Shown piece after piece: positions 38,801 through 51,618 of a stretch of 64,000 nt of DNA (within the stretch, counting starts at the first letter, position 1; every line of letters starts with the position of its first letter). The stretch covers positions 4,650,001 to 4,714,000 of the forward strand of contig JBHGNT010000015.1 in assembly GCA_043228905.1 (NCBI GenBank). Reading direction: 5' to 3'. The stretch comes from Azolla caroliniana (lineage: Eukaryota; Plantae; Polypodiophyta). Under the pieces are notes generated by a model. That model was not told the origin of the DNA. It saw only the letters and a program-made list of their open reading frames with translations, and ran no database searches. A program made the position numbers and the translations under genes.

Positions 38801-39791
38801 TTTGCAGGTTGCATAAACAGTCATAAATCAACAACCGGATATTGTTTTAAACTCTGCAATGGAGCAATCTCGTGGAAATCGAAACTTCAGGAGTGCACCG
38901 CCACATCAACGACCGAGGCCACATACGTAGCCGCGTTCGATGCAGCAAAAGAGGCCTTATGACTCGGTCGACTGGCTTGCACATTTTGACAAGCCGAAAT
39001 CGGCTCGGCTCCAGTTGTTTACAGTGATAGTCAAGGTGTTGTTGCTCTGTCAAAAAATCCGGTTCATCACAACGCCTCCAAGCATATCGACATTCAACAT
39101 CATTTCGTTCGGGACTGTGTCATTTCAGGGAAAATCGGCCTTGAGAAGGTACCTACAACCGACAACGTTGCGGATGCAATGACCAAGTGTCTCCCGGCGG
39201 ATCGATTTCTATCCCTTTGGCATCGAATGGGCGTAATGAAGAATCAATCCTATTAAATCGGACACTCAGAACGTTTCTCGGACAATAGACCTGGATAGTT
39301 CGAACTTCGGCTTCAATCTCTCCGAACTCAGCCAATTCAGCCTTCTGCTCTTCGGACTTCACCAACTAGAATGAATTCTCGATTGTTCGTAAACCTTGTA
39401 TCAATCTGTATTGTTCATTCATTTCAGTCTAGAGATTTCAGATGTATACGCCCATTACGGGGGAGTGTTGAATACATGCTTCTAATGGACGTATTCACAT
39501 TATCTCCTTTTGTACACACTAGGCTTAGGCTATTTATGTAAATAGTGAGAAGGGCAGTTTCCCTAAGCCAGTCAGTATATAAACTGACTTTGTAACCTAG
39601 TTACGTGTGGGTCGCGTTAAGTTGTAATACACTCTTGACATTGTGCCTAACTGTCTCTCTCTCTCTCTTGCGTACTAGTTGGTTTCTTTTCTGCCTTCGC
39701 TACCATCAAAGCTATGAACTTGCATCCATTTACGATCTTATTCTAGAAGAGTGTTGATCTTGTTCCGCATTAGATGATGGTATTCCCAACA
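35823..39791 (+). mobile_element. Ty1/copia element I, 5'-truncated, with 3' LTR 39466-39791
   Basis: Knuckle remnant, protease WLLDSGASFH, INT, RT IYVDDML, RH. PPT GGGGGAG precedes TGTTGAATAC...CCCAACA. Confidence 0.92.
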
Positions 39792-41436
39792 CCAGGAACA
39801 GGTCACCCTCTCTGAGTGTGATGTATAACGGGTACAGAGAATGTACTTTCGGTCCTCAAGCAAGTAGGAGGTTCTCCCTTTGGAGTGTCCACCCTCTTGA
39901 TGAGAAGTCGGCACAAATGTCATCTTCGTCCAATTGTCTGACTAAAATTGAAGGTTTGGAGAGCTCAAGTACATGTCGGACATTGTGTAGTACTAAAGTA
40001 GAACCACCTGGGATGTTGAAAGAATCTAACTGCTCATGAGCAACATTGGTCTTAGTTCATCTTCGATTGTCATCCCCTAAGCCGAAATCTGGGAGCTTAA
40101 ACTTTCGTACTCGTTCAAGTGAGCCTATACCGAGTCGGATTCTTTCATCCGCAGGTTGTAGAGGTGCCGAATCGAATATATATTTGTGGCAGGGACCTTC
40201 TTCTCATAAGTGTCTAACAATGTCTTCCATAGTTGAAAGGTTGTCGAACATGATTGCATTGTGAAGTACACTGACTCCGACAAGTGCATCCAAATGGTTT
40301 CTCAAACAATTCTATCAAGTTTCGTCCACTCATTCGGCTTGATTCCTTCTAGAGGGTTTTCGTTCTTGATTGGATCTATCTAACCCTTGACTATTAGATA
40401 TTCTTGAATTTGCTCCATCCAAAAGTTGAAGTTCAATCTGTCGAACTTCCTTAGACCCATCTCTGATGAGCCGGATGTTGATGCCATCTGTGTCGGTTGA
40501 CTAGACTCTGTTAGGAGTCGATTACGAATGGTGGTAGGATGGAGCTAACTAGCTCTCCCGATATTGTTCTAGTCAGATTTGAACACAATTCGTATCGGCT
40601 TCGATTATTGGTTGATTCTATCGGAAGTGACTATAGTCGATTGACTTAGTCGAGTTGAATAAGATTTTGTCAATTGGATTTCGAATGCTGATTTAGAGAT
40701 GTCGATCACAGATTTTGTGCCGATTATCCAGGCCAATCCTGCTTCAAGTGACTACGACAATGTCATCTAGCAAAGTGAAGCATGAATAGGAGTTGTTTCC
40801 TGGAGCTGGATCTTCTTTGAGAGGTTACAACAAATGACTAGGTAGTTTCTAACCTGATAAAGCACGATCAAGGCCGATTTGATAGAGATTCCACTCCTAG
40901 TAGCTCCAATCACTGAGGCAAGGTACAACCGACTGGCTTCCCTTAAGAGTGATCTAGTGAAGTAGAGTGTGAATCTTCAATTTTCTTTCTCTTCTCAAGA
41001 TGAGATCTTGAACTTCAAGGGAGATGAAACAAGGGAGACGAAACAAGAATATTGTTGAAGACTGATGAAGGTTGGGTGCGAGTGGAAGAACCTCCGCTCT
41101 GATACCAGATGTTGGGAACTGAGACTATCAGTGCGGAAACATAAACAACACCTTGAGATGAAGATCACCTAGTATGAGTAAGCAAGATAAAACAGAGAAT
41201 TTGAGAGAGAGACAGAGAGGCACGCAATGTAAAAGTATTATTCAGAGAATGGTTACAACACAATGGACGCGACAGCTCTCTTACAAATAACAACAACTTT
41301 TTGAGCTAGGTTACAAAGCCCTTTATATACTAACTGGGCTAGGGCAACTGCCCTTTAAAATATTCACATAAATGACCTAAACCTAGACTTTCCAAGAGAC
41401 AGTGTGAATACGGTCATTAGATACTTGTATTCAACA
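39792..41436 (-). mobile_element. Copia-family element J: 5' LTR 41110-41436, iMet PBS, unrecognised internal sequence, pol fragment 39792-40010
   Basis: The LTR is related to the element I LTR (TGTTGAATAC...CCCAACA). PBS TGGTATCAGAGC at 41096-41107. 39792-40010 is an inverted homolog of ~36300-36525. Confidence 0.75.
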
Positions 41437-41975
41437 AATACTTCATACATGTGTCAACACGGATCAGCTATTTTCGAGCACCCTATGGGCGTGACCCCCA
41501 ACTCTCACCAGAATCGTCCATTCCAAACTTGCCAGAAGCGGCACTAGGATGTGGGTCGAATTACCCTGACTTATGCTGATGGAACCAAAGTCCTTGTTTA
41601 CTTCCCGGTTCACCGATGCGGTCTCAACGAATCCCTCATGCACCGATGGATCGGCCCATTCACCGTACTTCGTGCCATCAAATCCACTACTTGTTCCGAC
41701 ACGATTCCAACGGCCGATTCACCTCCGCCCATGTTTCCCGCATCAAGCCCTATGCTACCCCAAACCCATCTTCTAGCACTCTTCCTTTCCCCATGTCGTA
41801 AAACTCCTTGTTTCTCTCAGGGGGGAAAAGTGGTGTCTCTTTCGTGCAAGTGCATGCCTTTTAGAACACCGCCCTTTTAGGACACCCTTTTACCACACCA
41901 CCCCTTTTAGCATGCATGTAGCTAAGCCAACCCAAATGGGTACCTTTGTATCTTCTATAAATTGAACAATAAATT
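41437..41975 (+). mobile_element. Element G, 3' part: integrase C-terminus, PPT and truncated 3' LTR
   Basis: KVLVYFPV...LMHRWIGPFTV...HVSRIKPY, then PPT AGGGGGGAAA, then an LTR from ~41829 matching 29245-29360. Confidence 0.8.
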
Positions 41976-43757
41976 GGAACACTCACATTGAACATATTAT
42001 GACTCCACAATGACATCAACTCGAAGCATATTGTTAATAATTTGATCGACACGCCCAATTTAACCATTAACCTAAGGATGACTCGAGGAACTCTTGATCT
42101 AAGAACTTTCGGACTTTATGAAGACTTGAGTCCAAAAGTTGTTGCTAAATTTCAAATTGCTAGCATTAACGACATTCATCAATAGCTTATACTAAAATTA
42201 GAACAACATATCAATGAACTATAGCCAATTCATGAGTTGTTATTATGGTTTTTAATTTGAATAAATCTAACAAAACTTGTTTGTTGATCAATAAAAACCA
42301 CCCATAAAGAGACACATCTTGATCTTTATGTTTGAGGTAGACTAATTAGAAAATGCATAAATATACTTTCCCATGTGCCATTAGGAATATGACTTTATAG
42401 AGTATTTTACGTATTTTATAAGTATTTAACATATTAAGAAAACGTATTTGACGTATTTTTAAATTGGGAGGTACTATATGGGTATTTATACGTTAAATAC
42501 GTATGGTATCCGTACCGTACCTAACTTACCTAACAACCTTGTTGTGGAGTGTGTGGGCTTCCCACTTTAGTAAGTGTGAGAATGCATGTGCCAAGGTCTG
42601 AAAATGTGTGACAATTGATTTTATGTATTTGTGCATGTATAATATGTGTGCATCTAGTGTGGAAGTAGAACACAAGGGGAAGAAGAAAACAATGTGAACC
42701 CTAAGTTCAACATTGAGGCTAGGGTTGGGTAGAGGATAGTTTACGAGGAGGTCAAGTGTCGGCCTCCTCATTTGTTGTAGACAACGATATGCAACACAAG
42801 AATGTTATGCAATAATTTGTGGCTCCTCTCAAACGTCTTATATGCATAATGAAGATGTTGCACATGAAGTTCAGTCACCTTGAAGGAACTCATTAAGTGT
42901 TGTAAACATGTTCTCTTGAGGAAAGCCTTCCCGAGAATTGCTTTCATATTGAGACATTGTGGAAGATGAGTGGTTTGTTTGGCTTAATCCTTACACAAAA
43001 GAATGTCTCCACAAGTTCTTTGGAAAAAGAGCTTGCACACTAATGGAGAGTTGTGCCAAGAATGTCTTTGCATTGATCCAAGTGGTTCAAAGGTTTATAA
43101 ATATGAGTTCACATATAAATTTATCAAGTTTATTATACAATGGTTTCTTTTATAGAGTGAGAGGGGTAAGGTGGTTATAAATCTTGCAATTACCACAAGT
43201 TTGATGGTAAGAACCCAACTTAATACTTGCCTTATACATAGGATGAGAAGAAATAATAATAAGATAGAGTTGGGATGATGGATATCCTAGAGTTTCAACA
43301 TTGTTGTGAAGTTATGCACGTGCATGTGAAAATGTGAATAGGGCTTGGAGGACCTAAACCTGGGAAGTTGGTTTTGGTGATAGAATTGACGATTATGATA
43401 TTCTTATTAAATATGCATTGAAGGTATCAGATCTTTTGGAATGTCCAACCATGTCTACATCTCGGCACGTCAGTTATGTAACTTAATATCGACATGAGTT
43501 TTCAGCTCCTTGTGAGTAGGTGAATATAAGCATATGAGCTTCTGTGTACTTATGAATGTATTTATGTACATATGTGTGTCATGTTCTCTATGTCTTAGTA
43601 TATAAGTATATTTATGTATATGTGTTTATATATGTGTATGTACATGAATGAGTATGCATACATATATTGATGAGTATGTGTAGAAGTATGTGCACATACA
43701 CGTGTAGATTTATGTACATGACAATGTTTATCTCAACAAGTAGGGGATGTATTGGAG

Positions 43758-43758
<1 letters not shown>

Positions 43759-43806
<48 letters not shown>
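43759..43806. repeat. (TG)n microsatellite
   Basis: Directly visible. Confidence 0.97.
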
Positions 43807-43807
<1 letters not shown>

Positions 43808-44099
43808 GGTTAGCGTTGCTTTGTATGCTCAAACGGGCACGTTCCTCCATACGAGGAGCGCACAAAGCCATTTCCTCTTCTACACGACTAGACTATAGTA
43901 ATTGCAATGAAGTATAACCTCTATACTATTCCAATATAGATTTCAATTGCTAAATTGAGAAATTGCATATTGAGCTATAATTCAATTGAATTAAACAAGG
44001 ATCAATCGGGGAAATTTTAGGCTATGAAAATTTTAAGCGCTAATGGGTTTGTGTGGAGATTAGCGTGTTTGAACTCTCTAAAAGAATACACTATTGTAA

Positions 44100-44285
44100 C
44101 TCACCAGAGGAACATGCGAGTCAAACACTCGAGTTGAACACACAAGTCTAACTCATCCAGACCTTGCTAGAGGAATGTGCGAGTTGAACACCCAACTCTA
44201 TCACGAGACCCAATCACACAAGACTTGAGCTTGCAAGAGGAACATGCAAGTTGAGCTCTTGACTCGACTACACAAGTCCAACTTT
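44100..44285. repeat. Three degenerate ~65-70 bp repeats (AGAGGAACATGCGAGTTGAAC core)
   Basis: The core recurs at ~44106, ~44169 and ~44236. Confidence 0.6.
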
Positions 44286-44881
44286 CAATTTGAATACATA
44301 ATAAAAAGCGCAATCCCAACACACGGAAAGGAACTCACAAAGGAATGCGAAGGTAAAATGCAACGAACACATGATCCCAACAATTGAAAGGAACACACAA
44401 ACCCATCACACAAAAGAAACACAAGAACCCATTGCCAAAAAGAACGTGGAGACAAAAGTTCCTTAAAACTTACACAAACACTTTCTTGAATCTAGCAAAA
44501 GACATTATTCCAAGCAACTCTTCATAGGTCATGCATCTTCCTTGGTTGAGGTTCCTGGTGGTCTTGCTCCAGTAGCACACACATGTTTATTGTCCACGAC
44601 AACGATGAGGATTATATTGTCAAAGACTTAGATAATAACTTTGACATTATGTTTTTAGGCTATGCAAGTGATCAATTCTTAAAATGGCATTGTCTTTAGA
44701 CTTTGCTTATAATTATACCGAACTCTATGTAAAACTTCCTTTTTATCAAAATTTGGTTTTATTCAATATTGTTCAATTTACTTCTGATATATTTCTCGAT
44801 GTCTTGTCATAAGTTCAATCTATATACCATTTATTGGTATCTTACAAAAATGTTAAAACCCACCAAAGACTAGTGAATTTT

Positions 44882-45413
44882 TGTTATGAAACAGTTCCCT
44901 CTAGATGGTAAGAAAGCACGAGTCGGATCGGATTGAGTGAATTAAATACCGACTGAAGGGATAAACCAAATCAGTCAATAGCTAACTCAACCGATCGATA
45001 ACCGAATCGGTCGAATCTGACTAGGCTATATTTGTAAATAGTTATAAATATACATGAGTATAAATATAGTTAGGGCAAGTAGTTAAGTGTGAATCATCAT
45101 TGTTGTGAAAAGTTATAGTGAGTAGTTGCCTTTGTAACTAGAGTGTTGTTAGAGAGAGTGTGAGAGAGTTGTAACTCTGTAACCATCTTTAGACGAAGAA
45201 GAACTTGAGGTTGTTGCCTCATAGTCTTTTATTGTATTCCTCTTGATATAATGATTTTGTTTGGTGTCTGTGGGCTCCCGTGGTTTTTCCCATTTCAGGA
45301 TTTCCAGTAAACATCATGTGTCCTCTTGTTCGTGTATTCATTTTTTGTTCTTTCATTTACCACTTGCGAGTGAGAATCGGTTGTGGCCGATCTTGTTCTC
45401 TCCAGTTTCAACA
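44882..45413 (+). mobile_element. Solo LTR related to the copia F LTRs
   Basis: Starts TGTTATGAAACAGTTCCCTCTAGATGG (F: TGTTAGGAAACGGGTCCCTCCAGATGG), contains GTGGTTTTTCCCATTTC, ends TCAACA. TSD ambiguous (T-run). Confidence 0.8.
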
Positions 45414-48400
45414 TTTTGTTTTTGCTCAAGAAGTGTTGGTAATTCTAACACCTTACATAAAATGCGTGAGCTATAAATTGAAACACTTTTGATCAAAGCA
45501 GAAGTGTCGGAATTTTCCGCACTACTTATAGATTTTAGTAGTGCCGGAAACTCTAGCACTCCGAAATCATTTTAAGATGTTGAAGTTTTCATATTTTTTA
45601 TTACTACCAAATTTTCTCGTGAAAATAGTAGCTGAAAATGTAGGTTCAACTTTGACACGTTTTTGGTAGAAATTATTTTGCTAAGTTTCTAACTATAGAC
45701 GAATGCTAGAAACAAGTCATTTAGTAGTACGGTCAACATCTTTGAAAATTTAGGATCCTTATCATGTACTATGGAATGATAGTCCGAGTTGATAATTATA
45801 TTTCTTTTTTTGGCATATAACATGTGTGTGTGAACACTTTTATAATAAGCATGGTTGAGGTTTAAGGAGTCACCCTCGATAAATAAGATAAGAAGTTAAG
45901 AAAAGATATTGAATGTTATATCATCCCATGGTTTTAAAACACTAATTGTGTTACCACAATTACCTACACAAGTTATTTGAATGCTAAATTTATAAATATT
46001 ACTACATATATATTTGTGTGACGAATATAAGTTCTGAAGAATAAATAACTAAATGGAGATTAAATCCAAATGGTAAGATTTAACCATTTGAAAGATAAGG
46101 TCAAGGATTTGAACTCCATTAGGAGCAATGAAATACCGATGTGAGCAATAATGTGGAAGTGATGACAAAGAAGTGGATATGGACATGGTAACGATAATTT
46201 TGCCAAAAGAAAAGACATTGGTACATGATAAAAGAGGTGCCACTCTTTTCCCACATAGAAACTCAAAAAATCACAATTTTTAGAACGCAAGCACATAACT
46301 TCGACAAAAATTTGATCATCGGGGTTTAGGGTTTCAAAATATTCTTCTTGAGAGGATATGAGGGTTTCGTGATCTTCATCGTGGGAAAGAGGCTCGTAGA
46401 GGATGGAATTTTGCGAATAATTGATACGAGGGTGCAACATGCCACACCAAAACTCAACAAAATTCTCTTCATCATTCTTCGCACCAAGTTCTACTAGGAA
46501 TTTAGTTATTTTTTTCCTTACCGTATATAAAAGGGTTTCTATAACCCATTCATTGCAATTTGGATATTCTACTTGAATTTATTGTAATTTGTGGAAATTA
46601 TATTTGTTTTAGAAATTGTACTATACAAATGTCGAAAGATTTTTAAATTGTGGTATTGGTAATTTAGGTCAAATGATGATCGTGGGAAAACTCCCACCTT
46701 AGAAATTCAAGCATCAAATGAAACATTCCACCTTGTTTGGATAATTTTACTAGGAGGTGGAATTCAGACCCACATTTTTTTATTAACTATTGTCGAATTG
46801 ACTCTATGAGGGTCACAACAAAATTTTCGGGTCAAAAATCTACCAGTTTCTTTTATGATAAAACAAGTTTAAGAGTGATGGGATTCTAACAACCATACTA
46901 AATTCTGAGAAATCCAATGCTAAACCAACCGGCCAATGCTTACATACCGAAGTAAAGTTCTTTCCTTTCCCAACAAGGGACTTTAGTGATTTCATCCCTA
47001 GGACATTTTATACCAAGATTTGAAACCTAGAGACGAAGAAGAGGCCTAGAAGTGAAGAGGAGGGGGGTCAAAAAAGTGAACAAAAGAAAAAGAGAAGGGA
47101 AAGGAGAGGAAAGAGAAACATGTTATTGTATTGGGCACGAAAATGAAAGAAATTTTCCAAGATACAAACTATGGGGTTCTGCCCATCTTGTGACCCAAGT
47201 TCCACCTATGTATTTATGGGTTTCTTAGTAATAAAAATAAGATAGGATTCAAGCTAGATAGCCCATGCACTCGACATCCAATCTAAACTGTTTCATATTA
47301 GAGCTATTAAAAAAGTACGATTTTGAATTAACATGTATTGTAGGAGTGTCTAGTTGTGTTTTTTGTGTATGAACACCAACATCTAGTCCCCCGCACGTAA
47401 TTGATCACATGTTTATAGAATTTGTAAGTATATTGAAGGTGTGGAAACATTAGTTTATTGCTTTAAATGGGGAATGTGAAGACTTATTCCAAGGTTTCTC
47501 ACATTTTTGGGTTTGTGCATATCCACACGGATGACATCATGGCACGGATGACATCATGGTGGGTTATATGCTTTGAGCATCCATGTTATTTTATTAATGG
47601 GAAAATCCATGGATGCTCTTATTGTGGAGCTTGGCTCACACGAAACATGAGGCAAAGATTGGACCCTATGCTTTGTCCGTTGCATAAATTCGTTTACCCT
47701 CAACCAATTCTATTAATTAGTATTATGTTGCATGTGATGTGATCGAGTTGTTAACAAGACAATATCGTCTTAATTAATGTCTTTTGCTTGGGAATTGCCC
47801 ACCGTTTCAAACATATGCATGCAAACAAAAATGATAAACCAAGAAAATGAGGTGGCACTTTCCATAATGTTAGGTAGTTTACGACCTGAACATCATAGAC
47901 ACACTGGTTTCCATGGAAATATATGTATGTAACGTTGCAATGTACATTTTGACCAATCTCTAATTAAACAAACTTACACGGTAGACCAAAATGATTGCAA
48001 TCTTAAGGAATGGATTAAATTTCGTCTTAAAGCAATTTCATTCTCCGTGCCATTAATCAAAAGGTGGAATAAGGCAACTAAATTGATAGTTCTCATTACT
48101 TTATTAGTGCAAGAAAAGGACAAAAGCAAAATTTGACTTTCAATTGCCTTCATTACTTTATTAGTTGGTGGACCTCAACAAATACTTGAGTTTTGATTTA
48201 CTTGTCGATTGTTCACATTCTAGAGATAGGACATAACAAGCTTAGTTTGTGATAGGATACCAATATTTTCTTACTAGAACCAACTATTATTCAAATCCAG
48301 ATCCGAAAAACTCAAAAATCAATTAGATATTAATTGCTTGAAAAGTAAAACTTCCAAAACTTTGTCTTCTATGATAATGTTGATGCGTGTATGGAATGGA

Positions 48401-50258
48401 GACATGTATAATATGATGGGTTCACACTTGTTTTTTTGTCGATATTATCGATATGAATGGATTCAATTATCCAATGCTTGTATTAGATACACAGTATACA
48501 CCATGTAAGAATATAATGGGATATGATGGACCCAAAATGGGCACGCACCCACATACTTTTTGAACCACGCTATTTCCTTGGACGATTCAATGCCTATGAC
48601 GTGTGCCAATAAAAATCACGAGTAGATGATGATGTAGCAACCAATGACCATAGATACAACCTAAACTCGATGACAAAATCACCAAAGACAAGTTTCTTCC
48701 ATTTCCTTCCTAAGGACTCACACAAACAATTATGCACATATGTATGCATCGTTGAGTCCAAGGAACATACCCTTAAATCAATTCAAATAGATCTATAAAG
48801 ATGACAAAATGAAAACATTGAAAGTGTGGAACATGTAATATTTGTAAGACAATGTTTGTATATAGTTTAACGTACATTTCTTAAGGTTTTTATCAAGGTT
48901 GCATCACGACCCTCAATAATGTATATTTACATGAATACTTTCTCGAAATCTTAGGTGGGTGTAACTTGGCTTGGGAATCACGTATTTACAATGCCATTGA
49001 AACATTAATGAAACAAAGATAAGCTTAACTAGAATTAGGGTGAATATTGATACTATCAAACTACAATCTCAATGTCATTACACCAAAAGGCACCAAAGGA
49101 GGACCACATATATAGTTGATAGAGTGAACATTGAAACTTGTGTTAAATGCAAGCCTTTGACAAAAAGCTTGACTATTACAACGACATTACAATTAAGGAA
49201 ATAACTGGAGAAACTTATGGAAGGATAGAATGTGGATAACTTTGGCATTGACATGGACCTACGACTATATAAATGGCAAGTTACTCATATGCATCTATTC
49301 TTTGAAGTTACCTTCTTGGTTCTCTCAACCATCACCAATAGGAAATATATATATTAACCTTACATAATCGAAGGTTGTCCTCATATCCAAGATACAAGAA
49401 TAGATTTGATGATAATAGCATGGGACACAAAGTGACCAATGTGTTTGATGATGGATCATGCCTTGGGGTTGTGTGGAGAGTATGGTTGTTTACTTTGGTC
49501 CCTTTGTGAAAACATGTATGCACGCTCTCATAACATCATTCCCTTCATATATACGACAAAGGGTGAAAAACAGGAATGTGGGTTCATTGATGTCATGTTT
49601 ATATATAGTACGACAAGCTACTCTTGTTCGCATCCTTGAAAGACAAATTGGACACCGAGCAATGGGGTGCAAGGAAACTAAAAATAAGGCGAACATGAGC
49701 AGAGAGAGAAGGCAAGGAAGAGAGGGGGGGTGGGGGGTATAAGGTGACAAGAGACAATTGACCCTAATATATCTTTGGCCTCCCGAGTTATTCAATCTTA
49801 CGATTCCTCATTTACTGGCATATGGTCTCTTAGTTTTGGGAGCTCATTTCATTTGGGCTTTCAATTTAATGTTCCTATTCAACGGTCGTGGATACTAGCA
49901 AGAACTGACCCGAGGCGAATCGTGTGCTAGCGCGAGTTAGTTAGTGACCCGCCCAAGAAGCATTGCTCATGAAGGGGGCAAAGATGCATCCATGCACCCA
50001 TGTGTACCCATTCATCTATCCATGCATCTATGGATCCATCCATATGAGGGGCATGGATGCATCCAGGCATCGATGTGTCTAATCCATGTGTCCATGCATC
50101 CATCCCCATGTATCCATCATCTATGTATCCATGCACCTGCATATGCATGAAAGACCCAAGGAGGATGGACAAACATATAGCGACAAATTCACCCATCACC
50201 CATAGCTCATGATAATGGAACCCACCTCCATTATCCATCTTTTGTCGTCTCTCTCTAT

Positions 50259-50260
<2 letters not shown>

Positions 50261-50302
<42 letters not shown>
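50261..50302 (+). repeat. (GA)n tract ~70 nt upstream of the GID1 ATG
   Basis: Directly visible. GAGA tracts are BBR/BPC binding sites in plants. Confidence 0.9.
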
Positions 50303-50304
<2 letters not shown>

Positions 50305-50370
50305 CTAATTGGATCCACCCCCCTTGTTGCCTACCTCTTAGGAAGAGTCCTCCTTCCTTGCACAGCATCC

Positions 50371-51618
50371 ATGGCTTCCCCAGCAGACCCCATCACTACC
50401 CCATCTGCATCAGATAATTGCAGGGTAAGAAGCTCTTTCCATACTCTAACACACAACCACAAAATCCCCTAGTTTCTGAACCCCCCCCCCCCCCCCCCCC
50501 CTAATCCCCTGTCCTCGAAAAACATTCGGATCAATTAGAGTTTCCATACATATATGCATCTCGATGTGATCTGTTTGTGCGGTTGTTTGCAGGGTGTTGT
50601 GCCTTTATCCACATGGGTTCTCATCTCTAATTTCAAGCTTTCTTACAACCTGTTAAGAAGGCCCAATGGAACCCTAGACAGACATCTGGCCGAGTTCCTA
50701 GACCGGAAGGTTCCCGCAGACCTGAATCCGGTCGAAGGAATCTCGAGCATCGACATAATCATCGATCGAGCGACAGGGCTATGGGGAAGAATCTTCTGGT
50801 CATCTTCCAGCCACATTAATGGTACTACACGCAGTATCAATGGGGATGAGAACCCATCATGTGATCCATCCCTTCCAAAAAAGCCCTTGCTTGTGTATTT
50901 CCATGGCGGAAGCTTCGCGCATTCGTCGGCGAACAGTGCAATCTACGATGCCATGTGCAGAAACCTGTCTAGGTCATGCAAGGTTGTGGTTCTCTCCTTG
51001 AACTTCCGGCGGGCCCCCGAGCATCCATGTCCGGCCGCATATGAAGACGGCCTTATGTGCGTGAGATGGGCCCAAATTGGGCTCGGGAGGCAGTGCCTCA
51101 CGAGGCTAGGGTGCGATCCGAGGAACTGTTATCTGGCCGGGGATAGCTCGGGTGGGAACATAGCCCATCATGTGGCGGCCCGAATTGGAAGCGAAATCGG
51201 GGGCGGCTTGTCTCTCTCGGGCATGATCTTGCTTATGCCTATGTTCGGTGGCGAGGAAAGAACCCCCGCGGAGAAGCTCCTAGATGGGAAATTCTTCGTG
51301 ACCGTGAAAGACCGAGATTGGTATTGGAGAGCTTTCCTTCCGATGGGCGCGAATCGAGACCACCCGGCTTGCAACCCATTCTCGCCATCGGCACCCTCAT
51401 TGAGCGAGGTTAAACTCCCCCCATGCCTTGTGGTTGTGGGTGGCCTAGATCTCCTTCAAGATTGGCAACTAAGGTATGTCCATTCGCTTCATCGACAAGG
51501 GAAGTCGGTGCAACTTATGTTCCTAGAGCAAGCTACCATGGGCTTCTTCCTTCTCCCCAACACAGAGCAATACTACTCTCTCTTGGAGAAGATGAGAGAG
51601 TTTCTCAAGCAACCCTAA
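50371..51618 (+). CDS. GID1: Gibberellin receptor GID1 (alpha/beta hydrolase fold); exon 1 50371-50424, GT-AG intron 50425-50592, exon 2 50593-51618; 359 aa
   Basis: N-terminal lid VVPLSTWVLISNFKLSYNLLRRPNGT, HGGSFAHSSANSAIYD, GDSSGGN, FVTVKDRDWYW, LDLLQDWQ. The catalytic His is absent (ATMGF). The short first exon and phase-0 intron (GTAAGA...TTGCAG) match the usual GID1 gene structure. Confidence 0.96.

Noticed and set aside
28-41880. Numerous 60-190 aa ORFs overlapping retroelement genes
   Set aside because: These are antisense or out-of-frame shadows of gag/pol, or products of repeats, not independent genes.
42400-43200. CGTA-rich terminus-like motifs and coding-like fragments (DNA transposon relic)
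   Set aside because: No matching second TIR, TSD or recognisable domain.
44089-44093. CACTA terminus next to sub-terminal-like repeats
   Set aside because: No extended TIR and no partner TAGTG end with a 3-bp TSD found.
45470-46870. Long degenerate inverted repeats (MULE/MITE-like) and a hairpin at 45514-45549
   Set aside because: Similarity is too weak in AT-rich DNA to support by eye; it needs a dot-plot.
49893-49940. Helitron 3' end (CTAG plus hairpin) near the GID1 promoter
   Set aside because: No convincing GC-rich hairpin.
50554-50592. ORF-track start MHLDVICLCGCLQ for GID1
   Set aside because: It lies in the intron upstream of the TTGCAG acceptor; the ATG at 50371 gives the conserved two-exon structure.
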